From positions 49,788,001-49,852,000 of the forward strand of contig NC_045697.1 of the NCBI RefSeq assembly GCF_009834535.1: DNA of 64,000 bases, written 5' to 3'. Every line of letters begins with the position of its first letter. Position 1 is the first letter of the stretch. The notes below the pieces were generated by a model that was not told where the DNA came from, ran no database searches, and saw nothing but the letters and a program-made list of their open reading frames with translations. The stretch comes from Camelus ferus (Eukaryota). The position numbers and the translations under genes were made by a program. Of this stretch, positions 12,866 through 22,783 are shown piece by piece.

Positions 12866-12937
12866 AGGGGCATGTTTTTTGTTTTCCAGTTCTATTAGCA
12901 TAATTAAGAAGAGGAAGTCTTCCCCCCATGCTCTGCT

Positions 12938-14040
12938 AAAACAGCTTTATTGACAGATAATTTATATACCATCCAATTACCCATTTAAAATGTAAATGGT
13001 TTTTAGTATATTCACAGATATGTGCAAAAATCACTATAGTCAATCTTAGAACATTTTAATTATCTCAAAAAGAAATCCTGTACCTTTTAGATATCATCCC
13101 TTATCCCCGATCTTTCTTCCCAGACCTAAGCAACCACTACTCTACTTTCTGTCTCTGGATTTCCTTATTCTGGACTTTCCTAAGAATGTAATCATACAGT
13201 AGGTGGTCTTTTGTGACTCCCTTGTTTTACTCAGCATGATATTTTCACGTTTCATCCATGTTGCAGCATGTATCAATATTTTATTCCTTTTTCTTTGTTT
13301 TTGTTTTGGGGGGAGGTAAATAGGTTTATTTATTTACTTTTTTATTTAATGGAAGTGCTGAGCATGTGCTCTACCACTGAGCTATACCCTCCTTTCAATA
13401 CTTCATTCATTTTTATGACCAAATAATATTCCATGGTATGGATGTACCACATTTTGTTTATCCCTTCATCTGCTGATGGACATTTGGGTTGTTTGCAGCT
13501 TTTGGCTACTATGAATAATGCTGCCATAAATATTCATGCACAAGTTTTTGTTTGGACATATGTCTTTTTTTCTCATGGGCATACATCCAGGAGTGGAATT
13601 GCTGGTTCACATGGTAACTCTATGTTTGAATCGTTTGAAGCACTGCCAACCAGGTTGTTTTCCAAATGACTACATCACTTTATATTCCTATCTGCAGCGT
13701 GTGAGTCTCCCAATGTCTCCATATCTTCACCGATACTCGTTAGTATCTGTCTTTTTTGATTCCATCCTAGTGGTTGTGAAGTGGTATTTCATTGTGGTTT
13801 TGATTTGCATTTTCCTAATGACTAGTGGTGTTAAGCATCTTTTCATGTGCTTACTGGCTATTTGTGTATCTTCCTTGGAGAAATGTCTATTCAGATCCTT
13901 TGTCCATTTTAAAATTAGGATATTTGTCTTTTTTATTATTGAGTTGTAAGAGTTCTTTGTATATTCTAGATACAAGTCATTTATCAGATATATGATTTAC
14001 GAATACTTTCTCCTATTCTGTGGGTTGACTTTTCACTGAA
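12938..14040 (-). mobile_element. Older L1 (L1MB-like) 3' end
   Basis: CAGCTTTATTGA 3' terminus; ORF2 remnant [24 protein letters not shown] on minus strand. Confidence 0.9.
13291..13394 (-). mobile_element. Vic-1-type SINE with internal deletion, nested in L1
   Basis: CTCTACCACTGAGCTATACCCTCC head, GGGAGGTAAATAGGTTTATTT tail, B box absent; ~18-bp TSD tcaata(t/c)tt(t/c)attc(c/a)ttt. Confidence 0.88.
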
Positions 14041-16239
14041 TGGTGTTTTTTTGTTTTCTAGTTCTAATTATCACACTTAAATAAAGAGGGCCTAATGTTC
14101 TTTGTTTCATCTCTTTTTATGTATTTCTCTACCTTTGTAGTCTAGAGTCAAGCAGAGGCCTTTCCATCAAAAAGTACTTAATCATTTTTCTAACCCAGAA
14201 AACCCACAAAATAAACTTTGGAATAAAAAGTGGCTCATCCTAGGCTGGTGCTTTGCACAGGCCTTCCAGGCTGGGAAAGGACACAGTAGGGAAAAAAAGC
14301 CATTTCTCAGTATCCTTCACATTTTATCTTCACGACTTGAATACAAATTTGTTTGGAAATTCAGAGAAAATATTGAATCACTGGTATATTAAGTGATATT
14401 TGTCAAACTTCTGGATTGTTACCAGATTAGAATGGACAATCAGCACTTGATAGAATGAGCAATGACGAAAAGGAAATAACAGACCTTCAGGATAAAACCC
14501 CAGGATAAAGGAGTAACTCCAACAGCTCTGTTAAGAATATTTACCCCACTCAGCAATTTATAATGTAATTCAATAAACAGAGTTTGAGCACTGTGATATG
14601 AGAGGCTCAGTTGGCTGCTTTTGTGTAGGTAGTGGGTGGGGATGGAAGTGGGATGAACACGCAGGAAAGTCTGCCCGTGAAGTCGACAGTTTATGATAAA
14701 GGAATTTAGAAGAGATGTAGGCAGCTGTAGAGGAGGGTAGAATGCTGTGAGGATGATAAAGGAGGCACAGCACGCGGAGTCATTGTGATGGGAGTCCTAC
14801 TCAGGATAGAGAATCAGGAGAAAGCGCAGGCAATTCTTGAAAATCTTCAGCGTGTAGCTGAGTCTTGTGGTGGTGGTGGGATTTCTACTGACGGAAGTGG
14901 AGAGGGAGAGCACTGCCAGCATTTGTAGAATTTGGAGGAAAGGACTGTGGTTAGTTGGGCTGGATTCCAGGTGCCTGTACGGGGTGCTGGAGGTGAGGCT
15001 GGGGAGATGCTTGTAGCAGAACAAAAAGGGCTGTAAACCCCTGCCCATAATTACTGAGACCATGAGGAGCCACTGAATTGTTGAACAAGATGCATTTTGC
15101 AGCTGGAGGCAGGATGAGTGGAGAGAACCCGGATGCAGAGAAGACGTGAAGACTTCTTTAGGCACAGAATGTGACAGCAGGGTGAAATCAGACTTTGGTT
15201 TAAAGGACAGCGCTTGTGGAATGACAGGCTGCCAAAACCCAGCGGCAATGACTAGTTGGACTCCCTGGCTGAAGCTGCCACCCCACTTGATCCCACTTAT
15301 CAGGGTCAAAACTAATTGGACGTATGAGGTCACGTGGGAGCTGTACAATCAGTGCCAGGGCTTTGGAAGTGCCAGTTGGTTGAGCACCAGTGGTGATGGA
15401 ACAAAAGACTGCATGCAGCTGGCTGGGCTGAAATAGTCACCACCTGGGGTGGGGGTGGGGCAGAAGGTGGTGCTGAGGGGAGGCGAGGGGCCCTTGGCCA
15501 TCTGAGCTGCTTACATGTCACATCACAGCTGCGGGAGTGAAAGTCGGCAGCTCCAGCAGACTGGATCTTTGCGAGAGAGCCACAGAGCAGAGCCTCAGCT
15601 TCTTCACCTGTAAAATGGCCAGTATTTTGAGGCTTCAATGAAAGAACTCAGGTGCAGCACTTGGCAGAGGGCCTGGAACATCGCCAACTATTACTGTTCC
15701 CTAGGGCTGCGCCCAGGACCGCCTGCCTGTGGAGCTTGGGAGGACTCTTCATTTCAGAGCCGTGTCCTTCCATCTCTGGAAGGTGTCGGGACACCTGGCT
15801 GTTTTGCATCTGAGGTTGTAGCACAGAAGCAGCCATGGGAGCTGATCTGACGCCCCTACTTCATGGCTCTGGGACAATGCTTTCATGCAAGTCACTTCAT
15901 CACTTGTACAGCCTCCCCTTCTCTTCCACTATCTGGCCTGACTCTTACAAGCTCTTCTGCCCATTTCCTGGCATCTCCTTTCCTGCCATCAAGAAACTGC
16001 TGGCTCCTTGCTGAAGGCTCAGGGATCTGGCAGTCTAATCTGGGACCCAATCTGCTTTTGGTTGCTAATTAGAGAAGAAGAAAGTAGAAAACAAGACCAC
16101 ATCACATTTTGGAGAGACATGGAAAGTCTAGGGAGGCAGAAGAACAAGAACTAAGTTTGTTGGGGACTATTTGGGCTGCTTAAGTACCATGGTGCTAGCC
16201 AGAGTTCTTATTTCCTTCTCTTGCTCCCCTCCCTTCTAC

Positions 16240-17000
16240 CTTCCATGAGCAAAGGAATAAGACAGACTTTGCCTTGCAGCAAACTCCAAGAGGGAGAAAG
16301 GCATGCACACAAATGACCCCAAATGGGGAGGGATGCATATCCGAGAAGAGACCCAGATGATGTGATCTGTAAGTTCAGAACGGGGAGTGATAACTACTAA
16401 TTGGAAGGATTTCAGAAGGCTTCAAGGAGGAGGTGGCAATGAACTGGGTTGTGAAGAATTTTTGATTTAAACGTTTGAAATAAAGGAGGAAGGCAACACA
16501 CAACATTGTAAAATGATTATAAATCAATAAAAAATGTTAAAAAAAAAAAGGAGGAAGGCAACAGCTCAAAAAAGGTACAGAAAGGAATAAAATGGTGGTT
16601 GATAAAGGAATGAATCTTTACTTTGGTCAGATTTCTAATGAGTGTGGAGGGAACAGGGGGGCAGATTAGGGAGCAGTTTGGAAACTAGAGTGGGGATTGG
16701 GGACTTTAGTCCATAGCAATAGGGAGCTGGTACTGATATCAGAACTGTGTTTTAGGAAGATTAATCCATTGACATTGGGTAGAATGGATGGGTGAGGGCA
16801 AAGGAGCAGGGAGGTGGTTTGAAAGTATTGCAGTGGTCCAGGAAGAGCTATTGCTATGAGCTCAGTACTGTCAGAGGCATGAAGGGGAGTTAGAGATGAA
16901 TGGGATGCGTGCTGTGGAGTTAGAATTAGTAGAAACTGGTAACTGATTAACTATAGGACCTAAGCAGGAAAGAGGAATCAAGAAGGACTTTTCTGCCATT
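16240..17000 (-). mobile_element. L2 LINE fragment
   Basis: AGAAGGCTTCAAGGAGGAGGTGGCA...TTTAGGAAGATTAAT...ACTGGTAACTGATT. Confidence 0.75.
16499..16546 (+). mobile_element. 48-bp extreme 3' end of a young L1
   Basis: CACAACATTGTAAAATGATTATAAATCAATAAAAAATGTTAAAAAAAA between perfect 17-bp TSD AAAGGAGGAAGGCAACA (16482-16498, 16547-16563). Confidence 0.92.
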
Positions 17001-17199
17001 TCTCACTTGAACTTGTCTGACTCCACTTGTTCTTTAAGGATACTGGCCACTCTTGGATAAACAACTAATCTTCCAAGCGTCCCCTTGTGTGGGCTTTGCC
17101 CTCCTCCCCTCATCCATCCCCACTCACCAGCTGTTCTGATGTTGGTGTGAAAATCCTTCTCATCATCGCCATATACAAAGAGGTATTCTGATTTTACAA

Positions 17200-17345
17200 C
17201 AGGCCAGGGCTGGTTTTACTGTCACAGTTCCTGAGGCTTTTGCAAATCCAGGAAGGTTTTCACAATGCATTTGCTCTGAGGGGAAAGGATCAAGCTTTCA
17301 TCAGGTCTTAATGCTGGTACACAGATTCTTAGGTTGAGCATTTAA
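17200..17345 (+). mobile_element. hAT-Charlie MER103-like fragment
   Basis: GGGGAAAGGATCAAGCTTTCATCAGGTCTTAA...AGGTTGAGCA. Confidence 0.55.
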
Positions 17346-17678
17346 GAAGGGCAGAGCTTGCTTGGGGGTATTGCTAACAAAAGGCTTTGTGAGTGTGACG
17401 GTTTTTCTTTTGTTCACTAAATGTCTCCTTCAGAACCACAATCAATTAGGCCCGGGGCAGCAGCTGCTCATCTGAATGAGCTATCCTCCCAGTTCCCATT
17501 GGAGTGCCCCCATTTTCTCCTGCCATCTACCATCTAGGTCTTGTTTGAGTCCACTGAGTGACAGACAATATGCCAAACACCCTTCTTCCATTGAAATGTC
17601 TCTTGTCATTGATATTCTAAACATTTTCTTTCTCTTGTCCTCTCTCTGTCTCCCTTCCTCCCTCCTTTTCTCTCACAG

Positions 17679-17835
17679 ATATGAAGATGTGTAAATGTAT
17701 CTTTTCAAACATTTTTGGGGGGTTGCTTAAAACAAAGGTGCATTCCTCAGTCCACGTTGCAGCCATGGCTCTGTGGTCTTCTTCGCTGTGGAATACAAAC
17801 TGAGGAGCCACCCCAATCTTTTTCTCATGGCAAAG
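17679..17835 (+). other. Candidate non-coding exon
   Basis: ~55-nt polypyrimidine tract ending CACAG; donor AAG|GTAAGA; only a 40-aa ATG-initiated ORF closing within the exon. Confidence 0.3.
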
Positions 17836-18683
17836 GTAAGAAAAATGATGGATGGATCTAGGCAATGGCTTTCAAGTTTCTGCTCAAAGATGGCACAATC
17901 ACTTCAAAAAAGGATTTTTTTTTTAAACCACCTGTAACCTGGTCCCACAGACAATGCCACACAGTGTGTTTGTTCTTACAGCAGCAGCCCATTTCTTTAT
18001 GTGTCAGCCTTTTCTAAGTTATACTGCAGTGGAAACCACCCCCACATCTTAGTGGACTGCAACAACCAAGCTCTCATTCTGGCTGCACTCCAGACCAGGA
18101 TGCCAACTCGGGGCAAAGCCGGCTCTTGGCCTGTGACTCTGCAAGTATCTTCTTCATTCTGGCTTTCAGGCGGGAGGAAAAGCCCTTCTTGGAACAGAAC
18201 TTCCTGTGCATGATGTGCCAGGGCACGTTTTTCTTTTCCTCCTGCCCTCTTTCCTTATGAGATCTCCATCCTGGAACACTGCTCTGTGCCAGCCCAGGAT
18301 AATGGAAAAGGGTATTTCCCAAAGGTGAAAAGATTTAGTACCTCTGTTGGCGTGATGATGTTTTTAGTTTTGCTCTGAAAGTGAGTGATGTTAGTAGGAC
18401 AGGGTTTTTCTTGTGGATATTTCGCTTTGAGTTTGGAAGCAGGAATTTCTTTCCTCTTCATCGTCTCTACCTCCAGTGTCTCTTCCTCAATTCCCCTCCC
18501 CTTTTCCTTTTGAGGGGAAAAAGAAGAATTCTAGGGGAAGGGAAGTGGGTTGAAGAGATGGAGGGGACAGTGAGGGGAGAAGAAGATGAGGGAGGGAGAG
18601 CAGAGAGGCTGGATTCTCCAGTGCTCTCCTCTGAGGGACTTGGGACCCAGGGGAATAACTAAAGAGCTCTTCCGCCCAGCCTT

Positions 18684-18722
18684 TGTGTGTGTGTGCGTGT
18701 GTGCGTGCGTGTGTGTGTGTGT
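18684..18722. repeat. (TG)n microsatellite with CG interruptions
   Basis: Direct reading. Confidence 0.95.
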
Positions 18723-18840
18723 TTGGTTATCTAATAGTATGGATTCTGTTTGGAAATGGTTGTATCTTACTACTTTTCCAGCACTTAAGGGCATAGGTAC
18801 AAAACCCTAGTGTATTACACAGGTAAAAATAGGGCTGCTT

Positions 18841-18913
18841 ACACTATTTACAATAGCCAAGATATGGAAACAACCTAAATGTCCATCAACAGATGACTGG
18901 ATAAGAAGGTGTG

Positions 18914-18964
<51 letters not shown>

Positions 18965-19504
18965 TAATGGAATATTACTCAACCATAAAAAGAATGAAAT
19001 AATGCCATTTGCAGCAACATGGATGGACCTAGACATTATCATATTAAATGAAGTAAGTCAGATAAAGACAAAGATCATATGATATCACTTGTATGTGGAA
19101 TCTAAAAAAAAATATATGAATTACATTTACAAATAACCAAAAATAGACTCACAGACATAGAAAATAAACTATGGTTACCAAAGGGGAAAGGATGGGAGAA
19201 GGATAAATTAGAAATTTGAGATTAACAGATGCACATTGCTATATATAAAATAGATAAACAATAAGGTCCTACTGTATAGCACATGGAACTATATTCAATT
19301 TCTTGTAATAACATATAATGGAAAAGAATCTGTAAAAAAATGTGTATGTATATGTATAACTGAATCACTTTGCTGTACACCTGAGACTAACATTGCAAAT
19401 CAACTACACTTCGATAAAAAATAAAATAAAATAAAATAAAAGTAAGGCTGCTTTGGGCAACTAACATTGCCAAATCAACTACAATTCAAAAAAAAATTAA
19501 AGAA
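18841..19504 (+). mobile_element. 5'-truncated L1 with duplicated 3' end and three target-site copies
   Basis: L1 ORF2 end/3'UTR with internal (TA)n(CA)n; target copies at 18825-18840, 19438-19456, 19505-19523. Confidence 0.9.
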
Positions 19505-19687
19505 AAAAGTAGGGCTGCTTTGGTGGGGGATGGAGGACACTGCCATCCCCCCACCCAAACACTCTGCAGAATTCTGGGACTCTGAAAAATGTAGACTGAC
19601 CATCTAAAGGATAAAGCCATAATCCTTTGGTCCAAGATCACAGAACCATCAAAAGTGACTTCTAGAAAGCAAATGCTAGGGTTCTTT

Positions 19688-19718
19688 TTGCTGTTGTTGC
19701 TGTTGTTGCTGTTGTTGT
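19688..19718. repeat. (CTGTTGTTG)n trinucleotide-type microsatellite
   Basis: TTGCTGTTGTTGCTGTTGTTGCTGTTGTTG. Confidence 0.9.
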
Positions 19719-19919
19719 GGTGGCTGGAAAATGAGGTGCAGTGATAACGCCCTCCCTTGAAGACTTCCAGAAGGTGGAGGACATGTGCTCCAAGGCAAGG
19801 ATGCTCTTCTATATAATTTGTGCTTTGATAAAGATAAGTAATCTACAGTGGGAAGATTTTGTTGTCTTGGCCTCATCTAAAGGAACTCCAGCCACTGAAG
19901 GGGCCCAATAGACTTAGCT

Positions 19920-20420
19920 GGCTCGGAGAAGCCGCTGTCTGTAGAGGTGGTGGATTTGGAGAAGAAGTGGGAGATCAGTCAGGAAACTGGCTGGAGAGGA
20001 GAGAAACCGCTCTCCCCAGGCTGCTGAGCCTTCACGGCTGGTTTCCGCGAAGGGGACCAGAGCTGCTGGCTTCAGCCTTTTTTTCAGGGACTCGTTGGCA
20101 GTGAGGAAGTGTCCTGTTTTCTTGTAAGTGGGTAGCTCTGGATCATGAACCCTGGACTTAGGAACTGTGTGGACTCGTACTCCCTCACCTCACAGTGGCC
20201 TGTGACAAGGCGTGTGGTCTGGGAGACAGAACTGTGGCGAGGCAGCCCGGAGGGCTGAAGAACATGTCTTTCTTCCTGCCAGCTGCCAACTTTGGGAAAG
20301 CAGGGCTTGTTCTTTCCCCGAGTCTCCTTCAGAGAAACGTGTATTTCGTGTTTGTGGGGGTGGGGGAAAGAGAACGTTCGTTTCTCTCTCTCAGGTCTGT
20401 GGAGATGTGTTAACTGGAGG
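19920..20420 (+). promoter_or_regulatory. Candidate promoter / first-exon-like unique region
   Basis: No recognisable repeat, GC- and CpG-richer than flanks, ETS site GAGGAAGTG, splice signals TTTTTTTCAG| and |GTAAGT. Confidence 0.3.
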
Positions 20421-22435
20421 GAGGAGGAGGCAGCAGCATCTTTTTATGAGGATTATTCTGGCAGCTCAGGGGCAGCACGGAATGAAGGGGATTTGCAGAT
20501 TCACTGTTGGAAGGTGCAGACATCTATGCACGCTGTTCCCAGCTGAGAGAAAGCTAGGGCTGGCTGCTGCAAAGGTCAATGACAAATGTAAATGCATCTT
20601 TTTTCTTTAAAGATAATTTCCATAGACTTTTTTCACAAGTGTTGAGTGACTTTCTGTTTCTCAGGAAAAATAGTCATTCACATTTCTATTTCTCTCTCAT
20701 GAGTTATAATTATGTTGTTATAAATATGGACACTTTAAAGAGATCCTGCTGAGGAAAAAATGGGCATTTTTTTCTTCTTGACAATGAAGAGAAAACAGGG
20801 GTGACTGATCCCACTTAGCAATGATTTCCAACAGCAGGCTTTGCATTTGAGGTGGGTAGGAGATTCTAAGTCTGCTTAGTCATAGTTTTGAGCTATTAAA
20901 AAATAAAGAGTAACTATAGAGTTAAGAAATTGAAGAAAAATGTCATAATTCAAATTGGTTATAATGATTTACAGGAAGAAGTTTTATGCAGTAGATTGGA
21001 CACTTAAAAACAGAGAGGGAGGTTCCTCCCAATAAAATTGTATGGAAATGGCAAACTTGCAAGGCAGATCAAGGGGAGATGCTTTGGGTGAAGGGGGGCT
21101 GGGGGCTTAGAACCCATCTTGTTTGTCACCCTTCCTTGACTCTGGGGTGACCACTGAGGCACTTTTGTGGGGTCCCTGCAGCTCTGAGGATTCCAGCGTG
21201 AACATAGTGGTTTGGAGAGCAGGTTTTCTTTGCATCCCAAGCCCCTGGCATTTGGTGATAGCCTCCAGGTCCTGAGGAGTGACATGAGCCATTTGGTGTT
21301 TGGGCACAGCCAGCATGAGTGAGCCCTCCTGTCCAGCACATGGGGAGCCCCGGGTTTAGGCACAGACTGGGATCTCGGAGCTGGGTGTGGATGTGGAGTG
21401 GGACCCAGCCACAGCGGCAGTCATGGAGTGAAGGGGAATGAAGACAACATCCTGCTTGAAGGACTGTCCAAGGTCCACAGGAACTGTCCAATGTCCGAAG
21501 TCCACAGGGGGGTGGCAATGATTCAAGGACAGAGTCTGAAGTGAAGGGTCTGCCCCTGAAGTCAGGTAAGATTGGACTAGGGTCTGAGAGTGGGAACAGG
21601 AGGCAGAAGGTGGATTTGGGATCTAGGGAGAAAGACTTTATGGGGTCCTGTGGTCTTGCCTGTGGGCAGGGAGGTAGCTTCAAGGGCCCCGGGGGATTTG
21701 GAGGAGGCCCTGACTGTGGAGGGACGGGGGTTGAGCCGCCTTGTCCTACAGTCACTTGCGATCTTGAACACATTGTAAGCCAGCACCCCTGGATGCCTGT
21801 ATCATGGGTCTGTGCCCCCCATCTTCCTCTATCTCACTGAGGATGGGGATCCGATCACAGATGGGCTTCAGAACTGACCTTTGACAAGGCGTCAAAGTAA
21901 TTCCCCACTAAAACTTAGTATAGTTTAGCTCTACTGAATAGATCAAACAAAGGCATATGCTGTCCATTTGTATACCATAGATGCCTGTGTCACTGGGATT
22001 TTAGTCTTTTGGCAGTTTTCTTGTATTGTCCTGATGGGGCTGTGGGTGGCACCCAACTCATAGCCTAAAGTCGTGCACACGCAAGGACTCTCCCAAAGCT
22101 GAGGGGCCGGGGGTGCCTGCTCTGCAGCGTGAATGTGGGCACTGTCCACCCTGGGCTGTGATTGGGAGGGTCATCACCCAGGACAGCCAGAGAGGGGAGA
22201 GATGGTTGAAGGGGGAGAAACAAAAGCTTACGAATGCTCATTTTCTTTCTACTTTGGATTTATGAATTGTTTCCTTTTGTAAATGTCCTTAAAAAGCAGG
22301 CTTCTCCACTGAGGTTCAACAAGACAGACTTCATGGCAGGTGGAAGCATTAGTCTCTGAAATGCAACCTGGTGCCACTGTGATGAGCTTAAACTTCTCTT
22401 AATGGTTTTTTAATGTATTATTATTGATTTAGAAT

Positions 22436-22783
22436 TTCTTTTTTCTCTTTTTTTATTGAGGTATAGTCAGTTTATAATGTGTCAATTTCTAGTGTACAGC
22501 ATAATGTTTCAGTCATACGTGTACATACATATATTCCTTTTCGTATTCTTTTTTGTTGTAGGTTACTACAAGATTCTGACTATAGTTCCCTGTGCTATAC
22601 AGAAGAAACTTGCTGTTTATCTATTTTATATATAGTAGTTAGTACCTGCAAACCTTGAACTCCCAATTTATCTCTTCCCACCCCTCTCTTCCCCCGGTAA
22701 CCGTAAGTTTGTTTTCTGTGTACGTGAGTCTGTTCATAGCAGCACTATTTATAATAGCCAAGACATGGAAGCAACCTCAATGT
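22436..22783 (-). mobile_element. L1 3' fragment with short 5' inversion
   Basis: Antisense 3'UTR 22436-22731, then sense piece TTCATAGCAGCACTATTTATAATAGCCAAGACATGGAAGCAACC. Confidence 0.85.

Noticed and set aside
19676..19876. Poly-Q ORF on minus strand
   Set aside because: Q-run comes from a short microsatellite at the ORF end; no recognisable protein or splice support
20260..20269. p53 half-site GAACATGTCT
   Set aside because: No adjacent second half-site
21004..21840. Cluster of long overlapping ORFs (up to 215 aa)
   Set aside because: GC-rich sequence with fewer stops; Pro/Gly/Ser-rich translations match no family I recognise; may be an ancient LTR remnant
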